Source: Camelus ferus (taxonomy: Eukaryota). From it: a DNA stretch of 64,000 nt. The notes below the pieces were generated by a model. The model saw only the letters and a list, made by a program, of their open reading frames with translations, ran no database searches and was not told the origin of the DNA. Shown here piece after piece: positions 1 to 13,090 of the stretch; within the stretch, counting starts at the first letter, position 1; each line of letters opens with the position of its first letter. The DNA lies in NCBI RefSeq assembly GCF_009834535.1, contig NC_045696.1, positions 87,546,001-87,610,000 of the forward strand, in the 5' to 3' direction. A program made the position numbers and the translations under genes.

Positions 1-366
1 TATGATGGTTAAAAGATTAATGGAGCAAAAATAACTAAGTACAGTAATTAGTAAGGAATATATAAGATAAAAAGATATAAAGTTTGACATCAAAAACATA
101 AAACGTGAGTGGGGGGAACATTAAAAATGCAGAGTTTTAAAACATTCAAACTTAAGTTGTCATCAACTTAAAATAGATTGTTTTAAGATACAAGTTGTTA
201 TATATAAGCCTCATGGTAACCACAAAGCATAAATCTCTAATAAATACAAAAAAGATAATGAGAAAGGAATCCAAGATACCACTAAAAGTCATAAAACCAC
301 AAAGGAAGAGAGCAAAAGGAGAAAGGAACAGAGAAACTGCAAAACAGGCAGAAAACAGTTAACAAA

Positions 367-3300
367 AGGGCAGTAAGTATATATCTATCAATAGTTACTT
401 TAAATGTAAATGAAGTAAATTATGCAACTAAAAAACAGAGAGTGGGTGAATGGATTAAAAAAAAAAAGACCCATCTATATCCATCTGTATGTTGCCACTT
501 CAGATGTAACGATATATACAAACTTGAAGTGAAGGGATGAAAAAATACATTCCATGAAAATGAAAATCAAAAGAAAGCTGGACTAGCTATACTTATATCA
601 GATAAAATAGATTTAAAACAGGTAGGAGACAAGGGTATTACATGTTGCTAAAGATGTCTATCCAACAAGAAGATATACATTTCTAAATATTTATGCACTC
701 AACATAAAAGCACCTAAATACATAAAGCAGATATTAATAGACCTAAATGGAGAAATATATAGCAGTATGATAATAGTAGAGGACTTTAATACTCCACTTA
801 ACCAATGGATAGATCATCCAGAAAGAAAATCAGTAAAGAAAATGTTGGCTTTAAATGATATGCTAGATCAGATGGACTTAATAGATTTATATAGAACTAA
901 ATAGATTTATATATTCCATATAAAAGAAAGAGAATACATATTCTTCTCAAGTGCACATGGAACATTCTCCAGGATAAATTATATGTTAGGCCACAAAACA
1001 AGTCTTGACAAAGTTAAGAAGACTGAAGTCATACCACCCCTCCTTTCTGACCACAATGGTATGAAGCTAGAAATCAAACACGAGAAGAAAACTGGAAATG
1101 ACAAAGATTGAAGCAGTAATGAACATAGCAGAGACTAAAAAGACAATAGAAAGGATCAACAAAATCAAAGCTGGTTCTCTGAATAGATAAACAAAACTGA
1201 AAAACATTGAGTTAGACTCACCAAGAAAAAAAGAGAATTTAAATAAATAAAATCAGAAATGAAAGAGGACATTTTACAAGTGCTATCACTGAAATACAAA
1301 TGATTATAATAGGCAACTACATACAATTATATATATCAACAAATTGGACAACCTAGAAGAAATAGATAAATTCTTGAACTATACAATGTTCCAAGACTAA
1401 GTCATGAAGAAACAGGAACTCTGAACAGACTAATTACTAGTAAGAAGAATGACTCAATTAAAACCTTCCTGGGTGGAGGGTATGGCTCAAGTTGTAGTAA
1501 AGCATGCTTAGTATGCATGAAGTCCTGTGTTCAATCCCCAGTAGCTCCTCTAAAAATACACAAACCTAATTACCCCTCCACCAAAATGAAATAATTAAAT
1601 AATACTATAATAAATAAATAAAATTTTTTAAAAATAAAAATAAAAAATAAAAACCTCCCAACAAACAAAAGTCCAGGACCAAATGGTTTCACTGATTAAT
1701 TCTACCAAACATTCAAAGAATAATTAATACCAATTCTTCTCAAACCCTTCCAAAAAAATTGAAGTGGAAGGAGCACTTCCAAACTCATTTTTATGAGGCC
1801 AGCATTACTCTGATGCAAAACTAGACAAGGTTATCACAAGAAAAGAAAATTACAGGCCAATATCCCTGATGAACATGGAAGCAGAAGTCCTCAACAAAAT
1901 ATTAGCAAACCTAATTCAATAATACTTTAAAAATATCATACCCCATGATCAAATCAGATTTATCTGAGGATGCAGGGATGCTTAAACATCTAAAAATTGA
2001 TCAGCGTGATACACCCTATTAACAAAATGAAGATACAAATCATATGAGCATCTCAACAGATGTAAAAAATAAGCCTTTGAAAAAAATTTAATATCCATTT
2101 ATGATAAAAATTCTCAACAAAGTGGCTATAGAAAACATGCACCTCAACATAATAAAGACAAGCCCACAGCTAACATTTTACACAATGGTGAAGGCTAAAA
2201 GGCTTTCCCCTAAGATAGTAGCAAGACTAGGATGACCACTATAACCACTTTAACTCAACATAGTAATGAAAGTCCTAGCCAGAGCAATTAGGCAAGAATA
2301 AGAAATAAAAGGCATTCAAATTGGAAAAGAGGAAGTAAAACTGTCACCACTTTCAAATGACATACTACTATATAGAAAACCCTAAGGACTCCACCAAAAA
2401 CTATTAGAACTCATAAATGAATTTAGTAAAGTCATAGGATACAAAATCAATATCCTAAGTCTGTTGCATATATACACTAATAACAAACTATCAGAAATAA
2501 AAAGTTTTAAAGTAATCATTTACAATTACATCAGAATAATAAAATACCTGGGAATAAACTCAACCAAGAAGGTTAAAGACATGTTCACTGAGAACTATGA
2601 GACCCTGATGGAAGAAACTCAAGAAGACAGAAATAAATGGAAAGCTATTACATGCTAATGGAAGAATTAACATTTTTAAGATGCCATATTATACAAAGCA
2701 ATCTACAAATTCAATGCAATCCCTATCAAAATTCCAATGGCATTTTCCATAGAACTAAGACAATCTTAAAATTTGCATGGAACCACAAAATACCCCAAAT
2801 ACCCAAAATGACCTTGAGAAAGAAGAACAAAGCTGTAGATATTATGCTCCCAGATCTCAAACTGTATGACAGAGATACAGTAATCAAAACACTATGGTAT
2901 TGGGATAAAAACACAACGATGTATATAGAACAGTATAGATAGCCCAGAAATAAACTCACACAAATGACAAATTAACTTACCACAAAAGAGCTAAGAATAT
3001 ACAATGTGGAAAGGACAGTCTTTTCACTAAATTGTGCTGGGAAAATTAGTGAGCCACATGCAACAGAATGAAGCTGAAGCACTATTGTACACTACAAACA
3101 AAAATTAAGTCAAAAGAGATTAAAGACTTTAACATCAAACCTGAAGCCATAAAATATCTAGAATAAAACATAAATGATATGCTTCTTGACATTGGTCTGG
3201 TGATGATTTTTTGGATTTGACCTCAAAAGCAAAGGAAACAAAAGCAAAAATAAGCAAGTGAAACTGTATCAAACTAAAAAGCTTCCACAAAGCAAAGAAA

Positions 3301-4035
3301 AACATCAACAAAATGAAAAGGCAACTTCCTGAATGGAGAAAATATCTGTAAATAGCATATTTGATAGGGGTTAATATTCAAAATATATAAAGAACTCATA
3401 TAACTTGGTAGCAAAAAATATCTGATTTTAAAATGGGCAGAGGATCTGAATAGATTTTTTTCTAAAGACGACATATATATGTTTGACAGGTTTATGGAAA
3501 AAATCCTCATCATTAATTATTAGGGAAATGTAAATCAAAACCACAATGAGATATCACCTAATACCTGTTAGAATGGCTATTATCAAAAAGACAAGAAATA
3601 ACAAGTGTTGACCAGAATGTGGAATAAAAGGAAACTTTGTGCTCTGTTGGTGGGAATGGAAATGGGTGCAGCCACTCTGGAAAATAGTATGGAAGTTCCA
3701 CAAAAGATTAAAAGCAGAGCTATCATCTGATCCAACAATTCCACTTCTGCATATTCATCTGAAGAAAACTAAAGCACTAACTTGAAAAGATATATATATA
3801 TCTCTATGTTGATTACAGCTGTATTTACAACAGCCAAGATATGCAAACAACCTAAATGTCCATTAATGAACGAATGAAGAAAATATGGTGTATGTATACA
3901 ACGGAATATTATTCAGCCATTAAAAATGAATTATTGCCATTGGTAACAACACGGATGGACCTTAGAGGCATTATGCTAGTGAAATAAATCAGGGAGAAAC
4001 AAGTACTAAATTATCTCTCTTATATGTGGACCATA
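367..4035 (+). pseudogene. Decayed L1 ORF2 (endonuclease/reverse transcriptase)
   Basis: Start codon lost, many stops and frameshifts, RT FADD motif degraded near 2350-2361 (CTTTCAAATGAC), internal deletion near 1098 and SINE insertion at 1471. End coordinate approximate. Confidence 0.9.
1471..1650 (+). mobile_element. tRNA-Ala-derived SINE (Vic-1-like) inserted in L1 ORF2
   Basis: GGGTGGAGGGTATGGCTCAAGTTG (A box), TGTTCAATCCCCAG (B box), AAACCTAATTACCCCTCC tail and A-rich end. Degenerate TSD AAAACCTTCC (1460-1469) / AAAACCTCCC (1650-1659). Confidence 0.9.
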
Positions 4036-5735
4036 AAAATTAATAATTAAAAAAAAGCTGATATATACATAGAAGAGACTAAAATTCGGGGTGGGCAAAA
4101 TGGGTAAATGGAGTCAAGGGTACAAAATTCCAGTTATAAAATAAATCCATTATGGGGATGAAGTGCACAGCATGGTGACTATAGTGAATACTGTATTGTA
4201 TATTTGAAAGTTGCAAAGAGAGTAAATCTCAAAAATTTTCATCATAAGAAAAATTCGTAACTGTACAGTGATAGATGTTAACTAGACTTATTATGGTGAT
4301 CATTATATTGTATACTGGAAACTAATAGAATGTTGTGTGTCAGTTATACCTTGTTTAGAAAATATAAAAATTACAAAGATGTCAAGATTTAAAGTATTTT
4401 TCAAAATAAGAGATCAAATACTAAAACTAGACAATTATTCCATCTAATGTAAACATAAGTATTTTTCTTTATTCTTTCTCTTTGTACCTGTTGCTGTTGC
4501 TTCTAAGGGTCACTCTAGTCAGTTATCTTAGGGGATAATACTCCTCCCATATTCCAGCAAAGCAACATAGCAATGCAGCTTAACCAGGGTCAAGATTAAT
4601 ATATTGTTTAATTTAATGCAAAATTTTAAGATAATTTATTAAATATATGTGCATTATATTTAATATATGGAATTAAATATATAAGTATAATGTAAAATAC
4701 ATATTGAAATACATAAAAATATTATTAAACAAACCACTCCATTTATAATTAATTACCTTCTCAGGCGTTGTTACAAGGTAAGTTTGCTATAACACTGTTC
4801 ACTGAAATATAATTGAATTTAAATTCATTTTATCTTGGCCATTCTATAAAGTCTCTATTTGCAAAGCAAAAGGATTTCATGTAAATAGGACTCCAACTTG
4901 TAATGGATCTCACAATATGTTTCCCCAGTTTCAGATTTGACTGGTGAATCATGAGACTGGCATCCCCACTAGTGAACCCTATGGCTTGAGGCCACTATTC
5001 CCTCCAAAGCAACCTGACAGCACTTTACTACTAGTCCTGTTCCACAGACTGCACAACAAAGCAGTTAAATCACAGAGACACTGGGTCAGCCTATGCCTTC
5101 TCCCTACTGATCATTCACAATCCTGGTCAGAGATCATATACTTCTCTGCTAACCCCTTTGTTGGGTGACAGGGTAGGGTGGGGTATGAGATGTCACACAG
5201 GAGTACATCCAAGGATGCCCTTAATCAAACTGTTATAAAGCCTAGAATGGTAAAACCCATTCCCCAATGATGCCAGTCACAAAACAAACTAGGGTGAGTG
5301 TTATTCTTAACATCCTAAATCCCATATGAAAAGTTATCACATAATACATTCTTCTCTTTTTTTTTTATAGAGACTAACACCTCAATAAAGTGAAGGACTC
5401 ACTGTTTAATGATATATGTCTAGAAACCCACATATCCTAGAATCACACTGACTCCTTGGTTGTGTTTCACCCTGAGATTTTTGTTTTCTTTGTAAAATCA
5501 TCTCCCTGTGACATGGAAGCTGGCTTAGTAGAAGGCCATGCATGTCCATGTTTTGTGCCTGTGAGACACATCTACTAGTGATGACACAAGGGTGGAGAGT
5601 ATGGGACAGAGGTGCACTAGCTTTAGCACTGACCAGAACATCCTGATACAGTCTTAATCTCATGATGAGAAAAGTCACTTGTTCTTGCAGAGCTTTAATT
5701 TCTATGACTGTAACATGGTCAGTTCTTCTCCTTCC

Positions 5736-5838
5736 TCTCTCTCTGTCTCTCTCTATCTCTGTCAGTCTGTCTATCTGTCTCTCTCTCTCCCTCACACACA
5801 CACACACACACACTCTCTCTCTCTCTATCTCTCGCTCT
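5736..5838. repeat. Compound (TC)n-(CA)n-(TC)n microsatellite
   Basis: Read directly; about 10 CA units flanked by imperfect TC/TCTG tracts. Confidence 0.9.
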
Positions 5839-6489
5839 ACTCCTGCCTCACTCCATACCCTCTTTGGGAAAGGGCTTTTCTACAATGTAAGACAGATCAT
5901 TACAGGTTATTATTCTCCATGTGCTACCTAGGTAAGCTCCAAGAACCCAATTTTTCCTTCTTGGCAACATTCACATTATAGGGGAGAAAGCACCAGGTTT
6001 CAGCTTCAAGTCCAAGCCAAGTCCTTAAATACAGCTATATGAGCAATGAAGTGCTCAGATTATTTTAATTCCCACTTAGCTCCTTAATGTATTGCTTGAA
6101 TGTTTAGTCTCTGGAGTAGAGAGGGTGAATGAATGGGCTCCCCTAGAACTCCGATCACTCACATGAGCAAATTAGCTTCATATAAGGATGTCAATTATTT
6201 AGAGTGGAAAAAAATATACATTTTTTTATATTCAGAATGTTGAAATATCACCTTGTTTAAAGTGCTAATGTAGTTTGCAAAGTCCACTAATTTATAATTT
6301 ACTGAGATATTATGAAACAATACTTTTAAAAAGTATGGTAAGGGACAGCATGCAGTCAGGATGTGATCATTTTATACAAATTAACTTGAGGAAAGTAACT
6401 GTTTAAAAGTAGAGTCCTGAGAGAGTTTCACTATTAATCAAAAGGCCACAATTCATCATAGAACATCAGTATTGGGTTAGAATGTAGAT

Positions 6490-6575
6490 GACTCCTAATC
6501 TGACTCCTTCTTCATGCAGATGAAGTAATTGAGGTCAGGGGAGGTTAATGAACTTGCCTAAAGTCACTTAGTTAT
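6490..6575 (-). mobile_element. MIR fragment
   Basis: CAGATGAAGTAATTGAGGTCAGGGGAGGTTAATGAACTTGCCTAAAGTCAC resembles the reverse-complement MIR core. Confidence 0.65.
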
Positions 6576-7146
6576 TGAAGGGAACATGAAAAGAGTAGAG
6601 CCAGGGCTGATAAGGCAGAACAAACTGAAGCTAAGGCCACAGTCCTGGGAGCATGTGAGGAAGAGATCAAACAGGAAGTGTAATGATTTAATTAAAAAAG
6701 TGCAATTCTTATTAAATATTTGTAGAATAGCATTTTTAGGATGCACATTTTAGTAATAAAGTTTTAAAACAGCAAATATATCTCAGGCATGAAAGCCTGA
6801 AAGCATATTTCAAAGGATTTCTTTAACTTGGAGATCTAGTCTGTTTACGTGCAGGTTTTAGAGATGTCTGAATCAGACATAAGCAGCCGTTATGTCACAG
6901 AAGTTGTAGGATTTTTGAAATCTGTCTGCTGTATTTTAAACTAACCTGAAGTGTATATTTTATTTCTATGCCCAAGTGACTTAAGACACTTGGGACAGCT
7001 TTGAAACTAGTGTTCAGGCACTTTAAGATTCATCAAAGCAAAACTCTGAAAGAGAATGAATGAAAAACATGAAGTGGTTCTTGTTTCTGGTGATGATTGA
7101 GCACACAGATTTTACTATCCACAGTCTGTAATGGAAGGGAACTTAC

Positions 7147-7211
7147 CAAGAAGCAATTTAGCTATGACCATTTCCTATTTCCACTACAGGTGAAAATGTT
7201 AATTGCACATC
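7147..7211 (-). other. Candidate non-coding exon (65 nt)
   Basis: Minus-strand acceptor TTTTCATATTTCTCTTTAG|G and donor TTG|GTAAGT; stops in all three frames. Confidence 0.2.
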
Positions 7212-8039
7212 CTAAAGAGAAATATGAAAACATAGTTGGTAACAATGGAGACATTGAGAATTTAAAGGGAGAAATATACAGATTTTGACATCATTTATTC
7301 AAGATGTTAACCTATACGCTAGGTTACATTACAGAATCCCTCAAACCTATTACCTTACCAATTTAAACAGTGGCGGAGGTCATTAACAAAAGCGGTATGT
7401 TATCCCAACCAGCACCTTAGACTAATTTAACAGGGCGATGATGGTTATTGAAACACTTTAACAACTGTGTTGACCTTAAAAATGTCTTAGAAATTAACTT
7501 TTGACGGAAGGCCACAATGTCTATGTGGTGTTTTAACAGCAAAATTTGATCATTTTCTAAATGCACAAGAATTATTAGTAAGCCATTTATCATTGGCAGT
7601 GGTAGGAATGAGTATGCTGATAGAATAAAATGAAATAAAAGAGGGTAGAGGAAATGGGATGAGAAAAGTCACCCAAAAACTCACCATCCACCGCAATCAG
7701 AGGGTATGCCTTGGAAAAATTTCATTAAAAATCATAGTTTAGTTGTGGATTCAACCAATGATGTAATTTTCTCTTCAGTCTTAAGTCTGTTGGGGATATG
7801 TACAGTGATCAGACAATCAACTCACCAACATCCAGGAAGCCTGGCTTGGTGACACAAGAGCTCCACAAAGAGGCTTAGAGACAGGCATAGACGACTCAGG
7901 CCTTGGTGCTGTCACCTGAAAGAATGGATGCGTAAGACATTGCAACATTAGCGAGCACTGTCTGATTTGCCTTCCCTTAGCCAGCTCCACAGTTAAGTGA
8001 AAAACAAATCTCTCCCTACGGTCTCAGATAACTTGCTAT

Positions 8040-8228
8040 TATTTTGTCTCACATTATATATTACAATTACAATTTATCTCTGTATATTTTCAGTGTCTGT
8101 CTCCCTCATAAGAATATAAAGTTCACTGGGAAGGAACCATTTTTGTCTTCTTTTCCTTTATCCCTAGTGCTTATCCCTAGCCTAGCAAAATAAATATATG
8201 CAGATATTTAAAAAATCAATGAATGAAT
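8040..8228 (+). mobile_element. L2 3' end
   Basis: TGTCTGTCTCCCTCA...TATCCCTAGTGCTT...AATGAATGAAT, typical of the L2 3' terminus. Confidence 0.65.
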
Positions 8229-10824
8229 ATTACACATCCTTATCCTCATGTTTCTAGGATATCAATGAATTTTCAACTCTCTGTTTCTAGAGTTCAGGTG
8301 GATACTCTCACCTTGGCCCGGTTTATCCTCTAGAAGACCGTACTTGATTTTCACTCCCTCTTGTTTCATACCAACCTGGCTTCCTCAGTAAGCAATATTA
8401 TCTGCATTGATAAAGAGTCTTGCTATTTTCCAGAAATCATAAAGTTACACTCTAGACTGACTCCTGAAGTAGGTATTTCTTACAGGTCGACACATGCCTG
8501 AAATTGACCTGAAGCTTTGCAACACTCCTTGAATTTGGCTGTTGTAGACATGGGTACCTCAGGAGAGGAGGGCGGGCAGATCATAGAGAAAGCAGTGTTG
8601 CTTTTATCCTCCATTACTTTCCTGGTTAAAACTTGCTTTTTTCCCCATTTCTTACCTTTCCACATCTCCAACATTTTATCTAAAGTTGTACATAACAACA
8701 CTGCAGTTTATATTTACACTCTCAAGATTTACAGTGAATTCCAAACACCCTACTGTTTTTTGGACCAGGACCAATGAAAATGAGACTAGTCCTTCTATGG
8801 AGTCCTTAGACATTTAATGACCTCAGCCTTACCTTCCATAGCATCAATTATTTATCATTGTATTAAAGTGACGTTAGATCTTACACATACTTGTAGATTT
8901 TAACAACTTTAACACTTGGCCCATTATTTTTATCTTATCATAGTGGACATATAATTCTCATGGTGAAGAGGTTTTTAATTGTCTTTTTAAAGTATTCATA
9001 TTTTTTAGCACAGAAACTATTTTTTTCAAATGCACGGTAAAGTTCTTTGGAAAACGCAATCTCTGTTTTCCAGATAACAACTACCAAAAACTGATGTGAA
9101 GTAATAACTCAGTGGCCTCCAAGAATTCAGAACAGAGAAGTGATAAAAATACTGTGAAGAGTGGTACACAGAGCACGAAGCAGGATCCTACAATAGAACC
9201 TGAGTAAAGTCAGACTTGGATAAACATCAAGGAGAACTTTTAAAGAAAGACTGCTTTGTCATAGAGTCATCAGGAGTTAGAGTGAGAGAGGTGGAAACCG
9301 AGGCTACAGTATGCTGCGTGCCCAAAGATATGCTTTATTTCTTTGCTTACTTTCTGTCCTGGCCTTTGGGAGAAAAAGTTGAAAAAGTTAATAACATTGC
9401 CAGGAAATGCAGGCCATGAGAAGCATCCAGCTTCCATCCTGCTTCACAGCAAGGAATGCATTTAGACGTATCTGAGAACCATTCAGCATTTCAACCCCAG
9501 GCAGAGCTTCTGGACAGCAAACAGAGAAGAGAGCTGGAAGTACAGCAGGGGAAGCTATTTTTTCCACTAGTTCGGACAGACACAATGTTTATTTTTAAAT
9601 GCCAACAGACACTCCATGACAGCATTTCTGGCACCTTAGGCAACTGCATATTTCACAGTCCCAGGTAACAGCCATGAAGTCTGGGTCTCTCCAAAGGACA
9701 GGAAACTTCTTGAAGAAGGTCAAGGACTTTTTTTTAAAGGCGAATTCTATTCTGAAAATAAAAAAGTAAATTAGAAAGAAAGAAAGATAAAGAAGGGAAA
9801 GATAACGATTTATGTGACTAAGTTACAGTCACTGTACATTTCCAATTTCAACTTAATTTTTTAAGGCCTTGCCCACAGTGTATTCAATATATATAAATTA
9901 AATGATATAACTGATGAAAACTGGGAAATATTTCAATGATATGTAGAATATTTCACAGTCAAAGACCAATTAAATCAATGACTCAATAATATCTATTGAT
10001 TCTGAGGCTTTCAAAACTCCCAAAACAGGGCAGAAGTAAAGGTCATATTCCCATTTACTAAGTGTGAAAACTGGAGAATGTAAATATTTAAAGTCAGTCA
10101 CAGTACATTACCTTAGACCACAGCCAGAGAATGTGGTACTTAAAAGTGTAAAATAAATGAAATTTGTCTTTCTTTGTAATACTGCTTTTTCAGAACAATT
10201 TTCAATACAAATACTTGACCTGGACACCAGAGAACTTCAGTCTTGCTCTCCATTCCTTTTTTTACCTGGAACTCTCATTTTAATGGATTCTAAGTCTCTG
10301 CACTTCCCTTTCCTCACACCTTTAAAATATACTCATCTTTTATCTCATCTATTCTAAGGCTCTGAAGAGGTCATGTGTTAATCTAATCCCTCACTCACTA
10401 CAGAGATGGCAACTCCTAGATACAATAGGTATATTTTATTTTATTTTTGATAAATCTTTAATTTTTAACCCAGGAATAAGGAAAAAAATCACTGAGTTAT
10501 TCATTCTAAATTTTTACTTCAGGGTTGGCCTGAATGCCTGGTAAGAATTGTTTGAGTGAAACAGTAAAAGACAGCAGTGGTGGATCTGAAAGGTTTCTTT
10601 TCTTTTCTCTCTCTCTTTTTTTTTTTTTTTTTTAGAAATTGTGCAGGGGGATTTCTCAGGCAGTTAAAGTTATCTTACCCTGTTATTTACCAAGGAGATG
10701 TAGAAAAGTCCTAGGCTATCAAGTCTCAGGGTGCTGCTGAAATGCCTGAGGAGCTAGAACAAGACACTGAGATTCCACCCCAAAGGTAAGCACAGTCAAA
10801 GCCACAAAATCGTCTGTGAGTAAT

Positions 10825-11339
10825 TGCGGTGGGTTAATATGATCACACACTCTCTGACACTCCTTGCATTGCGAGGTCATGGCTGTCCTCTCCCCTTGAG
10901 TCTAGGCTGCTTGGAACTGCTTTGACTGGTAGAGTCGGACCCAAATAACACCATGGATCTCTTGGCTGGGCCTTTAAGAGGACTGACAACTCCTGTTTTG
11001 TTCTTTTAGAGCTTAAGTCTACCATGTCAAATGTCTGTGTACCCTGATGGAGAGGTCCTAAAACTACACAAAAAGGGAAGAGAGCTCAATGGAACTCTTT
11101 CTTTTGTCCCCACTGAGATACTAGGCATGTGAGTGAAAGTGACAGAAGCCTTCCAGAACAGCCCAGCCGTCAGCTGAATGGCACCAAGTTGACTCTGTCA
11201 TGCCATGTGGAGAGAAGTGTCATTCAGCCAGCCCTTCCCAGGTGCCTGATCCACAAAATATGAGATAATGTAATAGGTTGTTATTTTAAGCCACTAAGTT
11301 TTGAGGTAGTGAGTGATATAGCAACTAATAACCAGAGCA
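10825..11339 (+). mobile_element. MaLR solo LTR (MLT1H/I-like)
   Basis: TG start, CTCTGACACTCC...TCCCCTTGAGTCTAGGCTG near the 5' end, TTGTTATTTTAAGCCACTAAGTTTTGAGGTAG...TAACCAGAGCA at the 3' end. Confidence 0.75.
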
Positions 11340-11819
11340 ATGACAGAGCATAATGTGTCGTTTCCACCAGCCTGAATAATCTGTTCCTTGAACCCACCTG
11401 GGAGAATGCTAAACTGCTTTTTCAAAGCAATTCAAACAACTGTGCAAAGCTGGAGACCTGTTTTGACATCAGAATCTGAAGTTCTCTCTAAATGACAAAT
11501 TTCTAGTCATGCCCTTTGAACAAACTGTTGCAATATTATATATTTTGATCCTCCAATTGCCTAATTTACAGAGAGAGTGGTTGTGGGGGATAAAGTTAAA
11601 TAATGTACATAAACTTCCCGTGTGAAAATACACACCAAAAACAAGGTACCTCTCCTGTCAACGTTTTATGAACACTTTTCTCTCAAAATATTTTGGACTG
11701 AAAAACACTGAGTCTGAAACCAGGGGAACTAAAGTATAACGGTGTTGTTAGAAGAAAACCACTGTTACAACACACGACCGAACAAACCAGGAAACCTTTA
11801 GATCTGAAGGAAAACCTGT

Positions 11820-11972
11820 CTTTAAAAAAATGTTTAAGATATAATTCACCTACCATAAAATTTTGCCTTTGCAGGTGTACCACTCAGTGGGTTTTAATAT
11901 AGACACAAAGTCGTGCAGCCATCACTGCTAATTCCAGAATATTCTCATCACCCAAAAAGGAACTCTGTACCT
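11820..11972 (-). mobile_element. L1MB-like 3' end fragment
   Basis: AGATATAATTCACCTACCATAAAATT...TCGTGCAGCCATCAC...AATTCCAGAATATTCTCATCACCCAAAAAGGAAC matches a reverse-complement L1MB tail. Confidence 0.75.
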
Positions 11973-12109
11973 AGAAGGTATCTTTTAAGAATAAAAAAAA
12001 AAGTTGATGGTAGCAAGTAGAAAAGTAATAATTTAGGACAAACCCATAGATTAAAACAGAACAGGGAACAAATCAAGGGAGTGGCAAGCAGGTGAAGGGA
12101 CAGGATGTG

Positions 12110-12680
12110 TGTCCAGAAAAGAGCTGGATGGGTTGGAACAACAGGCCTGAGGCTGTTCTTGTTAAAAAGGCTGCTTGAAGGGCTGCCTTGGCCCGTGTCT
12201 GGGAACATGACTGGTAAACAGCCACCCACACTGATAAGAAATGTTCTCTAAATGATAAGAGTGTCTCACTGTGTGTAAACTGTACAAACAATGGGATTCA
12301 GATTGGTACTTAATTTCCTCCTGGAGTTTGGAATTTTGGTACATGCTAGGCCAAAAGTGCCTACTTTACCCACTAAAACTTTCAGCTTTCAGTGCTGAGT
12401 CTCTGATGGTCTTCTCTGATAGAAGACACTTCACACAGGTTCTCATGACTTGCTTCTGGAGGAATTAAGCACATCTGCCTGACCCCACTGGGAGAGGACT
12501 CTTGGAGGCTTGTGCCTGGTTTCCTGTGGACTTTGCCCTACGTGCCTTTTCCTTTTGCTGATTTTGCTTTGTGTCCTTTCACTGTAGTAAGTTGTAGCCA
12601 TGAGTATGACTTCATGCTGTGTCTTACAAGTCCTCCTAATGAGTCATGACCTGGACGTGGTCGTGGGGACTATCCAACAA
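12110..12680 (+). mobile_element. ERVL solo LTR (MER68-like)
   Basis: TGTCCAGAAAAGAG...CAGGCCTGAG start; GGAGGAATTAAGCACATC...CCACTGGGAGAGGACTCTTGGAGGCTTGTGCCTGGTTTCC; 3' end GTGGTCGTGGGGAC. Confidence 0.8.
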
Positions 12681-12939
12681 AACATGGTAAAGGTGATCAG
12701 TCCCCAGTCGCTCTCTAAATTTTATAATCCTGCTCTAAGATATTGTTTCATCTTAATAAATCACATTAACATTTAAAAACTTAACAGCTAAAACTGTGCC
12801 CCAGTTTTTAGGCTCTGTCTATGACTTTGTTGTTAGGGGGACAGGAAGTAAAGTGTATGGCAGGATTGAGCAAAGGTTTTGTCAAGTCGCCTTGGAAAAG
12901 TAAATAAACTTCATTCTTATCTGCCAGAGAGAAGCAAAT

Positions 12940-12996
12940 TGTGTGTGTGTGTGTGTATACATATATATATATGTATGTGTGTGTGTATATACATAT
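12940..12996. repeat. Compound (TG)n/(TA)n microsatellite
   Basis: Read directly. Confidence 0.9.
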
Positions 12997-13081
12997 AAAG
13001 TTGACAGAAATAGATTAAAAAGTTTCTTCTAGATTTGTATAATCAGGAACATAAAATTAACATGGGAAGTGTTTTTGTTGG

Positions 13082-13090
13082 CAAGATGGC
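13082..13090 (+). promoter_or_regulatory. YY1-type motif at the L1 5' end (internal promoter start)
   Basis: CAAGATGGC about 12 nt inside the element, where L1 5'UTRs carry their YY1 site; indicates the 5' end is complete. Confidence 0.6.

Larger units (their letters stand above)
1..4370 (+). mobile_element. Old LINE-1 (L1MA9-like 3' end): inter-ORF spacer, decayed ORF2 and 3'UTR; runs off the 5' edge of the window
   Basis: ORF2 start context AACAAA[AGG]GCAGTAAGT at 361-378 (ATG mutated). Endonuclease-type sequence (TTCTTCTCAAGTGCACATGGAACATTCTCC, TCTGACCACAATGG). RT-region remnants in ORFs 2464-2658 and 2637-2942 (ILKFAWNHK...LRKKNK...LPDLKLY...IKTLWYW). 3'UTR motif CAGCATGGTGACTATAG...CTGTATTGTATATTTGAAAGTTGC and A-rich end near 4360. 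Confidence 0.95.

Noticed and set aside
5406..5981. ORFs with CVCV/THTH/ERER runs (also near 34685, 47195, 52006 and 52520)
   Set aside because: Translations of microsatellites.
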